Shown: one piece after another, positions 27,479-36,440 of the stretch | How the letters are laid out: each line of letters begins with the position of its first letter | Position numbering within the stretch: position 1 is the stretch's first letter | DNA from: Candidatus Limnocylindria bacterium | Lineage (GTDB): Bacteria > Chloroflexota > Limnocylindria > QHBO01 | Assembly: GCA_050692055.1 (NCBI GenBank) | Contig: JBOGTC010000072.1 | Location: 12,978-76,977 of the forward strand | Direction of reading: 5' to 3' | Length of the DNA stretch: 64,000 nt | The notes under the pieces: generated by a model | Seen by the model: only the letters and a program-made list of their open reading frames with translations | What the model was told of the DNA's origin: nothing | Database searches by the model: none | Position numbers and translations under genes: made by a program

Positions 27479-27790
27479 TCAGCCGGCGAGGATCAGCAGG
27501 CTGAGCGTGTTGGCGGTGAAGCCCAAGAGGCCGAAGCTGGTAGCCGCGGCGGAGCCCCACATGAGGAGGCGCGGGAAGCGCGTGGCGGTCGCCACGAGCA
27601 GGGCCAGGGTGATCAGGATCACGGCGCCCTTGGCCAGCAGGACGCCGTCGAGGCCCGCCCAGCGGTACAACCCACCGGCGATGCCGTTGCTCTCGATGCC
27701 GATGCCGTGCAGGCCGACTCCCAACGTGAACGTTGCGGCATCGGCGAGCTGGGCGAGGACGAGAGCCAGAAGTACCAGTCGCGTGCCCAT
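27479..27790 (-). CDS. small integral membrane protein
   Basis: 103 aa from the ATG at 27790, with 3-4 hydrophobic helices. The upstream part of the track ORF is not protein-like. No family assigned. Confidence 0.45.
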   Translation of the reverse strand: MGTRLVLLALVLAQLADAATFTLGVGLHGIGIESNGIAGGLYRWAGLDGVLLAKGAVILITLALLVATATRFPRLLMWGSAAATSFGLLGFTANTLSLLILAG

Positions 27791-28001
27791 GACCAAAGGA
27801 CTATGCACCATCCCGGCCAGCAGCCGGCCGGGTTCTCCGCCGAATGCGGTGCCGTGCGCCATTACCCGTTGCGCGTGCGCACCTGGGTAGAAGCGTGCCG
27901 CCGTCGGTCCGGTCGGGGCATGGGCCGGTCGGGGGATGTTGCATGCGCCCGGTCGCGCCGACACTGCGCGCGTTCGATCCCCAGCACAGAGGTGCGGACT
28001 C

Positions 28002-28160
28002 ATGGAGCAGCTCATCGTCATCTTCCTGCTCTTCTTCACGGCACTGGCCGCGGGTTGGTTCTATCTGCAGCGTGCCAAGCAGCGCGAGCCCCAGCAGACG
28101 GACGCGGCAGCCGCCGCGGAGAGCGACGGCCCAACCTCATCGGATCCGTCGGCCTCCTGA
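28002..28160 (+). CDS. small single-pass membrane protein
   Basis: RBS AGAGGTG, then the ATG at 28002 gives 'MEQLIVIFLLFFTALAAGWFYL', a TM helix. Its stop directly abuts the TTG start of the next gene. Confidence 0.4.
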   Translation: MEQLIVIFLLFFTALAAGWFYLQRAKQREPQQTDAAAAAESDGPTSSDPSAS

Positions 28161-29747
28161 TTGGTCACGGATCTCGCGCAGCGGCAGTCGGTTCCGCCGT
28201 CCGCCAACGCTGAGATCGCGACCAGCGCGCGGATCCCGTGGCATCCGCCGCTGATCGCGGTCGCCTTCGTCCTTCAAAACTACATCGAGAGCGGCGTCCA
28301 CGTCGCGGCCATCGGGCGTGCGTTGATCGTCGCGGTCCTCCTCGCCGTGGCCCTTCAGGCCCTCGGCTGGCTGGTCAGCCGCAGCCGCCACTTCGGCTCG
28401 ATGGCGGCCTCGAGCATCCTGGTGCTCGGAATCGCCTGGGTGCCACTGGTGGTCATGGGTCAGGCGATCGTCGGCCTTCCCGCATGGCAGGCGGCGATCC
28501 TGATCGCACCTCTCATGCTGCTCGTCCTCGCCGTCGCGCGGCTCGCGTTCGTCCATCGGGGTCGCATCTGGCGCCTGACCAGAGTCATGAACATCCTCAG
28601 CGCTGCGCTCCTGGCGGTGGTCATGGTGCAGCTCGCCACATCGCCGACCGCCGGCCAGGGCCTGCGTGAGCTCGTAGGTCCCTCGACGGTGAGCGCGATG
28701 TCAGCGGTTCCGGCGGGGACCGATCGGCGTCCGCCCGACATCTATGTCCTCCTGCTGGACGGGCACCCACGCGCCGACTCGCTGCTGGAGCAGCTCGGTA
28801 CCGACGTGCAGCCGTTCCTCGATCAGCTTGCGGCGCGTCGGTTCACGATCAGCGATCGTGGCGTGACGAACTATGGGTGGACGTCCGCATCGCTCTCGTC
28901 GATGCTCCACATGCAGTACCTGCATGAGCTGCCCGACGTCGTCCTCGATCCGGATGATCCCGTGCAGATGCGGCGCAGCATGGCGGAGAGCCCGGGCCCT
29001 GCGCATTTGAGGAGCGCGGGCTACGAGATCACCGCGGTCGGTCCGCCGTACGAGCACGTTGCCCTGCGATCAGCCGATCGCTTCGTGGACGCCGGGTACC
29101 TCAACAGCTTCGAATGCCACCTCATTCGTCGCACGATGATCGGCAGCATCGCCTGGCACGTATCACCCGGCTTCCTGGGTGACACTCGGCGGGAGGCCAT
29201 CACTCGCTCTATGAGCACGCTCGAGGACATCGCGCGCGAGCCGTCCTCTCGCCCCAGGTTCGTCCTCGTCCACCTCCCGACCCCGCACCTGCCGCTCCTG
29301 TGGGATGCAGAAGGGAACCCTGTCGATGATCCCGCAGGGTCGGACTGCGCGCCGCAGTTCGCCACCGGGCTGTCAGCCGATGAGGTCCAGCCAGCCTACC
29401 TGGCACAGCTGCAGCACGTCCAGGGCCTCGTCCTCGAGAGCATCGACGCGGTCCTCGCGGCGTCGGACGACCCACCTGTACTGCTCGTCCTCTCCGATCA
29501 CGGCGGCAAGCTCGGCGCCGCCGCAATCGATCCTGCGTCGCCGGAAGGCTGGCGCGACCGATTTGGCATCCTCTTCGCCGCTCACACGCCGGGGACGTCG
29601 ACGATGTTCCCGGACGAGGTCAGCCTCGTGAACGTACTGCCATCCATCCTCAACGAGTACCTCGAGGCAGATCTTCCGATTCGCCCGAGCCGGACGTTCG
29701 GCACGACCGACGGCGACCTGGGCGAGGTGCCGATGCTCGGCCACTGA
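28161..29747 (+). CDS. membrane-anchored alkaline-phosphatase-superfamily (LtaS/EptA/sulfatase-like) transferase
   Basis: There are 5-6 N-terminal TM helices followed by 'PDIYVLLLDGHPRAD'. Also present are 'NYGWTSASLSSML' (a Thr nucleophile context like EptA/LtaS), 'VHLPTPHLP' and 'LVLSDHGG'. The TTG start is uncertain. Confidence 0.65.
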   Translation: MVTDLAQRQSVPPSANAEIATSARIPWHPPLIAVAFVLQNYIESGVHVAAIGRALIVAVLLAVALQALGWLVSRSRHFGSMAASSILVLGIAWVPLVVMGQAIVGLPAWQAAILIAPLMLLVLAVARLAFVHRGRIWRLTRVMNILSAALLAVVMVQLATSPTAGQGLRELVGPSTVSAMSAVPAGTDRRPPDIYVLLLDGHPRADSLLEQLGTDVQPFLDQLAARRFTISDRGVTNYGWTSASLSSMLHMQYLHELPDVVLDPDDPVQMRRSMAESPGPAHLRSAGYEITAVGPPYEHVALRSADRFVDAGYLNSFECHLIRRTMIGSIAWHVSPGFLGDTRREAITRSMSTLEDIAREPSSRPRFVLVHLPTPHLPLLWDAEGNPVDDPAGSDCAPQFATGLSADEVQPAYLAQLQHVQGLVLESIDAVLAASDDPPVLLVLSDHGGKLGAAAIDPASPEGWRDRFGILFAAHTPGTSTMFPDEVSLVNVLPSILNEYLEADLPIRPSRTFGTTDGDLGEVPMLGH

Positions 29748-29773
29748 GACCTCGCCCATAGCCCAATGGGACC

Positions 29774-31813
29774 ATGGCTCGGCGACCCTGCGACGCTAAC
29801 CTTCGGCCGGTGAGCACCCGCCTGCGACTCGTCCTCCTCAGCTTCCTCATGCTCTTCGTCGAGCTGGCCCTGATCCGCTGGACCGGCTCGAACGTCGTCT
29901 ACCTGTCGTACTTCTCCAACTTCGTGCTGCTCGGCAGCTTCCTGGGCATTGGCATTGGATTCCTGCGTGCCCGAGCCCGAGTCGACCTGTTCCCGTATGC
30001 GCCGATCGCGCTGGCCTTCCTGGTCGGCTTCACGCTGGCCTTCAACGTCGAGATCGACCGCAGCGGCAGCGAGCTGATCTATTTCGGGTCTTTCCGCGAG
30101 ACCGGGCTGCCGATCTGGGCGATGCTGCCGGTGATCTTCGTGGCCGTCGCCACCGTGATGGCGATGCTGGCCGAGGGCGTCGCGCGGACCTTCGTCGAGT
30201 TCGAGCCGCTGGAGGCGTATCGGCTCGATATCGCCGGCAGCCTGCTGGGCATCCTGGGCTTCACCGCCCTGTCCTTCGCATCTGCGCCGCCGGTCGTCTG
30301 GGGCGTGGTGGCAGGCGCGCTGCTGCTCCTTCTCGTGCGCCGGGGCTGGCTGGTCCTGCGCGTGGTCGCCGTCGTGGGTCTCGCCATCATGCTCGGACGC
30401 GAGTCGATTCAGCACGACTCCTTGTGGTCGCCCTACTACAAGATCCGCGTCGCCGAGTACCAGGACGAGCACCACGTCTCGGTCAATGGGATTCCGCACC
30501 AGGCGATCGTGAGCGTAGATCGCAGGCGCGAGCTGGAGCCGGTGTACTTCGTCCCGTACGAGCGCAGCAGCCGCGACGAGCCGGGGAACGTGCTCATCGT
30601 TGGAGCCGGCACGGGCGGCGATGTCGCAATCGCGCTCGAAGAGGGAGCCACGCGGATCGACGCGGTGGAGATCGACCCGCAGCTGCAGCGACTGGGAGAG
30701 GAGCTGAATGCGGATCGGCCCTACGACGATGCGCGGGTCGAGGTGGTGATCGACGACGGCCGCGCTCATCTCGAGCGGACCGCGCAGGTCTACGACACGA
30801 TCCTGTTCGCCCTCCCGGACTCGCTGACGCTCGTCTCGGGCCAGTCGTCCCTCAGGCTCGAGAGCTACCTGTTCACCGAGCAGGCCATCGCGGCCGCGCG
30901 TGATCGCCTCGCCCCGGATGGCATCTTCGCCATGTACAACTACTACCGCGAGCAGTGGCTGATCGACCGGCTCGCGGCGACGCTGAATACGGTCTATGGG
31001 CACGCGCCGTGCGTTGACGAGGTCGGAGGTGGCGGCCTTGCGGCGCTCACCATCGGCCGCAGCGTCGGGGGTATCGACTGTCCCGCGCCCTGGGTTCCGA
31101 GCAACGCCGCGCCGGCACCGGTCACCGACGACTATCCATTCCTGTACCTGCGCGAGCCCACGATCCCGGCCTTCTACCTCGTCAGCATCGGCCTCATCCT
31201 GCTGGCCTCGCTGGCCATGATCCGCGTGGCCGGCGGGCGATTCACCCAGATGCACGGTTACCTCGACCTGTTTCTCATGGGTGCAGCGTTCCTGCTGCTG
31301 GAGACCAAGAGCGTGGTCCAGTTCGCGCTGCTGTTCGGCACCACCTGGTTCGTCAACGCGCTCGTGTTCGCCGGCGTGCTGGCATCGGTCCTGGCCGCGA
31401 TCGAGGTCACTCGCCGGGTGCCCCTCCCGCGCCCCGCGATCCTCTATGGCCTGCTCGTGGCGGCGGTGCTCGTCGGCTGGCTCGTCCCCGCCCACGCGCT
31501 CCTGCCGCTCCCGTTCTGGCTGCGCTTCGTGGCGGCCGTGGCTGTGTGGTTCACGCCCATCTTCGTGGCGAATCTCATCTTCGCCCAGCGCTTCCGCGAC
31601 GTGGAGGACTCGACCTCGGCGTTCGGTGCCAATCTGCTGGGCGCCATGATCGGAGGCCTCATCGAGTACGCGGCGCTGATGACGGGTTACCAGGCGCTGG
31701 CGCTCGTGGTGGCCGTCCTGTACGTCGGCGCGCTCGTCGCCACACCGGGCACGCGGCGGGTACTGGGCCTGTCGGCCGACGTGATCCGCAGTCCCGACCG
31801 GCTGGGCGCCTGA
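29774..31813 (+). CDS. polytopic membrane protein with central spermidine-synthase-like (SpeE/aminopropyl- or methyltransferase fold) domain
   Basis: A TM-rich N-terminus is followed by 'VLIVGAGTGGDVAIALEEGATRIDAVEIDPQL...DTILFALPD', a class I Rossmann/SpeE-like domain, then further C-terminal TM helices. Confidence 0.7.
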   Translation: MARRPCDANLRPVSTRLRLVLLSFLMLFVELALIRWTGSNVVYLSYFSNFVLLGSFLGIGIGFLRARARVDLFPYAPIALAFLVGFTLAFNVEIDRSGSELIYFGSFRETGLPIWAMLPVIFVAVATVMAMLAEGVARTFVEFEPLEAYRLDIAGSLLGILGFTALSFASAPPVVWGVVAGALLLLLVRRGWLVLRVVAVVGLAIMLGRESIQHDSLWSPYYKIRVAEYQDEHHVSVNGIPHQAIVSVDRRRELEPVYFVPYERSSRDEPGNVLIVGAGTGGDVAIALEEGATRIDAVEIDPQLQRLGEELNADRPYDDARVEVVIDDGRAHLERTAQVYDTILFALPDSLTLVSGQSSLRLESYLFTEQAIAAARDRLAPDGIFAMYNYYREQWLIDRLAATLNTVYGHAPCVDEVGGGGLAALTIGRSVGGIDCPAPWVPSNAAPAPVTDDYPFLYLREPTIPAFYLVSIGLILLASLAMIRVAGGRFTQMHGYLDLFLMGAAFLLLETKSVVQFALLFGTTWFVNALVFAGVLASVLAAIEVTRRVPLPRPAILYGLLVAAVLVGWLVPAHALLPLPFWLRFVAAVAVWFTPIFVANLIFAQRFRDVEDSTSAFGANLLGAMIGGLIEYAALMTGYQALALVVAVLYVGALVATPGTRRVLGLSADVIRSPDRLGA

Positions 31814-31822
31814 ACCGCCGAG

Positions 31823-32671
31823 CTACCGCTCCACCGGGGGCCGCTGCGGCGCGCGGGCGTCCCTGACGGGATGCAACCCGGCCACCAGCAGCGTGATCTC
31901 GTACACGAACAGCCGGGGCAACGCCAGGATGGCGGCCGTGGCTGCCGACAGGGCGGTGTACCGGGGGGCGAACAGGGCCATCGCGACCGTGGCGATCGCG
32001 GCTGAGGCGGCGACCAACACCCAGCCCCACGTGGGAAGCGTCCGCGCCAGCCCCGGATCGAGGGTGATCGGGTCGATCTCGAAGAGCACGATGGGTGCCC
32101 ACAGCACGATCGCGGCGACGACGGCATAGGCGAGCTGTGACCAGCGGCGCTCGGCGATGAAGACCGCGGCCAGGGCGATGGGCACCACCTTCAGGGAAGC
32201 GGCGATGCCGACCACCAGTCCGCCCCATCGTGTGGGCATGCCCCACACGAGCATCGCCAGCATCGGCCCCTGGATGTTTCCGCCGGACGAGATGCCAAAG
32301 AGGATCGCGGCCAGGAAGACCAGCAGCAGCCGAGCCTCCAGCCTCCGCTCACGGGCCAGCGGCACCAGCGCCAGGGCGGATCCCCCGAGGAGAAACACGG
32401 ACCACAGCACGTTGCGCGCGAGGTCCGGTAGGTACGTAAGCGGCGCGAAGGCGAACGCGAACCACGGCGCGTATCGATAGGCGGTGTTCGGGTCGATCGG
32501 CCCGCCGTAGAGCTGATCTCCCGATCGCAGCCGCAGCGCCGCCGCCTCGTACACCTGCATGTCGTGGAGGTGCCAGTCGATGATCCCGAAGATGACGGCG
32601 CTGATGGCGAGACCCACGAGGACTGCTGTCACGACCAGCCGTGACAGCCTTCTCGCCAGGCGAATCGACAT
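31823..32671 (-). CDS. DUF2029 / GT87-like polytopic glycosyltransferase (paralog a)
   Basis: The true ATG is at 32671. Motifs 'HDMQVYEAAALRLRSGDQLYGG', 'YRYAPWFAFAFAPL' and 'SLKVVPIAL' match the PimE-type family. Confidence 0.75.
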   Translation of the reverse strand: MSIRLARRLSRLVVTAVLVGLAISAVIFGIIDWHLHDMQVYEAAALRLRSGDQLYGGPIDPNTAYRYAPWFAFAFAPLTYLPDLARNVLWSVFLLGGSALALVPLARERRLEARLLLVFLAAILFGISSGGNIQGPMLAMLVWGMPTRWGGLVVGIAASLKVVPIALAAVFIAERRWSQLAYAVVAAIVLWAPIVLFEIDPITLDPGLARTLPTWGWVLVAASAAIATVAMALFAPRYTALSAATAAILALPRLFVYEITLLVAGLHPVRDARAPQRPPVER

Positions 32672-32775
32672 CAGCACGGGCGAGAGTGTATTCGGTCGTC
32701 CGCTGAACGAATGGCCTACTGCCGCCTCGGGACAGGCGTGTAGGGTTACTAACCGATGCGGCACGGTGACATCGG

Positions 32776-33606
32776 ATGCGCGTGATCGGTCAGAGGCCCG
32801 CGATCCCCCGGATCTCGCGGGTGGTGCTGCTTGGCGCCCTCGTGGCCGCGGCACTTGCCGTGCCCAACGCGATACTGGTCGGCCGCTCGCTCGAGGTGGT
32901 GCTCGCGGGTCTACCGGCCGTCGACTGGCACCATTTCGTGGAGGCGTCGCGCCGCGTGACCGATGGCGGCCTCTACGACATCTCAGCCAACTATGGATAC
33001 CGCTACTCGCCCGTGCTCGCGTACGGGTTCGCGCTGCTCGTCCCGCTCGGTGACCTCGGCTGGCGCCTGCTGCACGTCGTCGCTGCCCTGGCGCTCCCGA
33101 ACTGGCCGATGCGCATCGTCGCCCTCGCGTCATGGCCGTTCTGGTTCGACGTGGAGGCCGGCAACCTGATGATCTTCGTGCTCCTGGCAGCCGCCTGGGC
33201 GTTGCAGGGAAATCGTTTCGCCACCGTAGCGTTCCTGGCGCTGACCATCGCCATCCCGCGTCCACTGATGCTGCCGATCGCCGTCTGGCTCCTGTGGAAG
33301 CGGCCCGAGTATCGCGTGCCAGCCCTGGCGATCTTCTCGGTCCACGCCGTCGCCGTGTTGGCGACCGGGTGGGGGCCGGAGTGGGTGGCCACGCTCCAGC
33401 ACTCCGGAAATGAGATCCTGTCGCCCAACAACCTGGGCCCGAGCCGCATCGTCGGCATGGCCTGGCTGATCATCGCCCTTCCCCTCGCCGCTTTCCTGAC
33501 GTGGCGCGGACGAATCGGCTTCGCCAGCCTTCTCGCGAGCCCGTACTGGCTCCCGTACTACGGCCTGATGCCTATCGTCGAGCTCGGCCGCCGGGAACGC
33601 CGCTGA
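32776..33606 (+). CDS. DUF2029 / GT87-like polytopic membrane protein (paralog b, divergent)
   Basis: 'YGYRYSPVLAYGFALL', 'GNLMIFVLLAAAWAL' and polytopic topology. It is more divergent than paralogs a and c. Confidence 0.6.
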   Translation: MRVIGQRPAIPRISRVVLLGALVAAALAVPNAILVGRSLEVVLAGLPAVDWHHFVEASRRVTDGGLYDISANYGYRYSPVLAYGFALLVPLGDLGWRLLHVVAALALPNWPMRIVALASWPFWFDVEAGNLMIFVLLAAAWALQGNRFATVAFLALTIAIPRPLMLPIAVWLLWKRPEYRVPALAIFSVHAVAVLATGWGPEWVATLQHSGNEILSPNNLGPSRIVGMAWLIIALPLAAFLTWRGRIGFASLLASPYWLPYYGLMPIVELGRRERR

Positions 33607-33629
33607 CCGATGCGCATGGCGGACCGCCG

Positions 33630-35105
33630 ATGAGCTCAGGCTCGTCACATCCGGGGGCCGGCGCAGCGCTCGAGGCGACCCCGCCTCCGACCGTCGGCCT
33701 GCGTCGGCTCGCCGGCGACTCCGCGCTCTATGGCATCGCGGCGGCGGCGGCCAAGGCGCTCGCCCTGCTGAGCGTTCCGTACCTGAGCCGGGCGCTGACA
33801 CCGGAGGGATACGGCATCGCCGATCTCGCCACCGGGCTTGCGGCCCTGCTGACTCTCGTCGCCAGCTTCGCGGGCGACGTCCCGACGGCGCGCGATCGCG
33901 GCCGGACGACGGACTCGTCGGTGCGCGACCGGCTCATGTCCTCGTACGTGTGGACAACTGCGGCGGTCAGCGTGGCGGCCGCCGGACTCCTGCTGCCCAT
34001 GGCGCCGCTCATCACCGGCGCGCTGTGGCGCGCGCCGGACCAGCTGCTTCTCGCGGCGTTGACGCTGATCCTCGTACCGCTGAGCGCCACCCAGGCCGCC
34101 CTCGCCAGCATCCAGCGGCTTGAGGCTCGCGCGCGATCGTTCGCGGTGCTCGCCATGATCGATCTGCTCGCCCAACTGGGCCTCGCCGTGCTGCTCGTGG
34201 CGCTCGGATTCGGCGCGGTCGGCGTCGTCGCCGGATTCTGCATCGGCAGCGCCATCGGGCTCCTGGCCGCGTTCGCTGCGGGGCGGCGGCAGATGTCATA
34301 CCTGCCAAGCGCACGGATCGGCGTACGCCTCGTCGCCGCCGGATTGCCGTTCCTGCCCGCGATCATCCTCTTCGTCCTCGCCGACTACGCCAGCCGCTAC
34401 GTGCTCGTGGCCTCCATCGGAGCCGATGCGGTCGGGGCGTTCGGCGTAGCGCTGCGGGTGGCCAGCGTGATCACGCTGGTTGCAACGGCCTTTGCGACGG
34501 CCTGGGGTCCGCTGGCGCTTGGCATGCGCCCCGGAACGGGCACGGCGCGCCTCTTTGCCCGCGTGCTGTGGGCCTACTCCGGCGCTACCTGCGCGGTGGC
34601 GCTGGTGGTGGCTGCCATCGCGCCGGAACTCGTGCGAATCGTGGCCGGAAGCGCGTTCGCGGGCGCGGCCGTCATCGTGCCGGGCATGGTGGTGGCTTCC
34701 GCGCTCGCCGGAGGACAGTATGCCCTCCTCGTCGCCGCCGGCGTGGCCGACCGCGATCGCTCGGTCACCCTGTCATCCTTCGCCGGTGCCGGTGCCCAGG
34801 TCCTGCTGACTGTCATCCTCGTCCCGTCCATCGGCCTGGGAGGAGCAGGCATCGGCGCCATGGCTGGCCGGATGGTCGCCCTGGCTGCCCTTGCCCCGGC
34901 CGTGCGGGTCGGCTTCGCGTTGAGCTGGCACTGGCTGGCCGCCACCTGGATCGTGACCTGCGGGGCGGCCGTGGTGATCCAGGCGCTGAACCATGCCGGT
35001 TCTGACACGCTGGCGTGGCGACTGGTCATCGCCGTCGGCGCCGTTGGCGGATTGGGCATCGCAGTCAGCCGGCAGCAATGGCGGGATCGTCGGCGCCGGG
35101 CATGA
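33630..35105 (+). CDS. wzx: MOP-superfamily polysaccharide flippase (Wzx-like)
   Basis: The ATG is at 33630. 'GDSALYGIAAAAAKALALLSVPYLSRALTPEGYG' is a typical polysaccharide-biosynthesis-protein N-terminus. About 12-14 TM helices. Confidence 0.75.
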   Translation: MSSGSSHPGAGAALEATPPPTVGLRRLAGDSALYGIAAAAAKALALLSVPYLSRALTPEGYGIADLATGLAALLTLVASFAGDVPTARDRGRTTDSSVRDRLMSSYVWTTAAVSVAAAGLLLPMAPLITGALWRAPDQLLLAALTLILVPLSATQAALASIQRLEARARSFAVLAMIDLLAQLGLAVLLVALGFGAVGVVAGFCIGSAIGLLAAFAAGRRQMSYLPSARIGVRLVAAGLPFLPAIILFVLADYASRYVLVASIGADAVGAFGVALRVASVITLVATAFATAWGPLALGMRPGTGTARLFARVLWAYSGATCAVALVVAAIAPELVRIVAGSAFAGAAVIVPGMVVASALAGGQYALLVAAGVADRDRSVTLSSFAGAGAQVLLTVILVPSIGLGGAGIGAMAGRMVALAALAPAVRVGFALSWHWLAATWIVTCGAAVVIQALNHAGSDTLAWRLVIAVGAVGGLGIAVSRQQWRDRRRRA

Positions 35106-36322
35106 GGTTCCTGATCGTCACCCAGTACTACCCGCCGGAGCCCGGCGCGGCCCAGGTTCGGCTGGCCGCACTCGCTCGCGAGCTTCGCGCCGGCGGCCAC
35201 GACGTCGAGGTCGTTACCGCGGTGGCGAACTATCCCCACGGCCGGATTTCGCCGGCGTATGCGGGACGCGCGCAATGCGTCGAACGGATCGACGGGATCC
35301 GCGTCCGGCGCCTCTGGCTGCATGCGGCGACCGGCGCGGGTGCGTCGCGCCTGGCCAGCTATCTGTCCTTCTCCGCCACCGCCCTCGCTGGCGCTCTGCT
35401 GGGCAGGCGACCCGACGTCGTCTTCGTGGAGTCTCCCCCGCTCTTCCTGGGCGTGACCGGCTGGTTGCTCGCGCGCCGCTGGCGGACACGGCTCGTGTTC
35501 AACGTTTCGGATCTGTGGCCGGACTCGGTGCGCGACCTGGGCCTGATGAGCTCAGCGGCACTGCTCGGAGCGGCAGAGGCCCTCGAGCGGTGGGTCTACG
35601 CGCGGTCGGCGGTGGTCTCCGTGGCAACCAAGGGGATCGGGGACGCGATCGTCCAGAAGGGGGTACCGGCCGACCGAGTGGTCCTGCTGCCGAACGGGGT
35701 CGATACCGATCTGTTCCGACAGGCCGATGCCGACCCCGCGATCGCTGCACGGTACGGACTGCCGGACGATGGCCGGCTCGTCCTGTTCACCGGCAACCAT
35801 GGGTTCGCGCAGGGATTGGACGTCGCGGTCCAAGCCGCTGCCCTGCTGGCCGACGATGGAGTCACGCTGGGTCTTGTGGGAGCAGGCTCGGATCGGGCTC
35901 GCATCGAACGCCTGGTCCGATCCGTCGCGCCTCGGAACGTCAAGCTGATCCCGCCGGTGGAGGCGCATCTGATCCCGTCCCTCTATGGGCTCGCGGCTGC
36001 CGGCCTCGTCACGCTGCGGTCTTCGTCCATCCTGGATGGCGCGCGTCCTGCCAAGACCCTTGCCGTGATGGCCTGCGGGCGCCCGGTCCTTTATTCGGGG
36101 TCGGGCGAAGGCGCCGAGCTGGTGCGTTCTGCTGACGCGGGGATCGTGACGCCGCCAGAAGACGCGCCGGCGCTGGCGGCGGCGATACGCCGCGTGGTGA
36201 ATGACCGCCCCCTCGCCGATCGCCTGGGCTCCAACGGACGCCGATACGTCGAGGCGCACTGCGCGTGGAGCACGATCACCCAGCGATGGCTGGCTGATCT
36301 GGAGGTCGCGCTCGGGCGTTGA
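35102..36322 (+). CDS. glycosyltransferase family 4 (WbuB/WcaI-like)
   Basis: 'MRFLIVTQYYPPEPGAAQVRLAALARELRAGGHDVEVVT' and an ATGA overlap with wzx. Confidence 0.8.
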   Translation: MRFLIVTQYYPPEPGAAQVRLAALARELRAGGHDVEVVTAVANYPHGRISPAYAGRAQCVERIDGIRVRRLWLHAATGAGASRLASYLSFSATALAGALLGRRPDVVFVESPPLFLGVTGWLLARRWRTRLVFNVSDLWPDSVRDLGLMSSAALLGAAEALERWVYARSAVVSVATKGIGDAIVQKGVPADRVVLLPNGVDTDLFRQADADPAIAARYGLPDDGRLVLFTGNHGFAQGLDVAVQAAALLADDGVTLGLVGAGSDRARIERLVRSVAPRNVKLIPPVEAHLIPSLYGLAAAGLVTLRSSSILDGARPAKTLAVMACGRPVLYSGSGEGAELVRSADAGIVTPPEDAPALAAAIRRVVNDRPLADRLGSNGRRYVEAHCAWSTITQRWLADLEVALGR

Positions 36323-36440
36323 CCGAAGGCTGTACAGGACCGGAGTACCGTTGACCGGCCGCAACGACGCTCCTAGCCTGCCACCGATCCTGGAGTAGAG
36401 GTGCGACCTGTCCGAGCCGATCCCTTTCCACCGCCCCGCC

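Noticed and set aside
27815-27835. Hairpin CCCGGCC-N7-GGCCGGG in the 27791-28001 divergent region
   Set aside because: It is short and GC-trivial in this genome, and its position relative to either start is uninformative.
29582-31495. 637-aa antisense ORF, with similar ones at 4394-5584, 9772-11235, 12665-13948, 38302-39765, 43314-44945 and 45985-47217
   Set aside because: These are typical high-GC antisense open frames. They are rich in R/G/D/P/H, contain no recognisable domain motifs, and each lies opposite a gene with strong family motifs.
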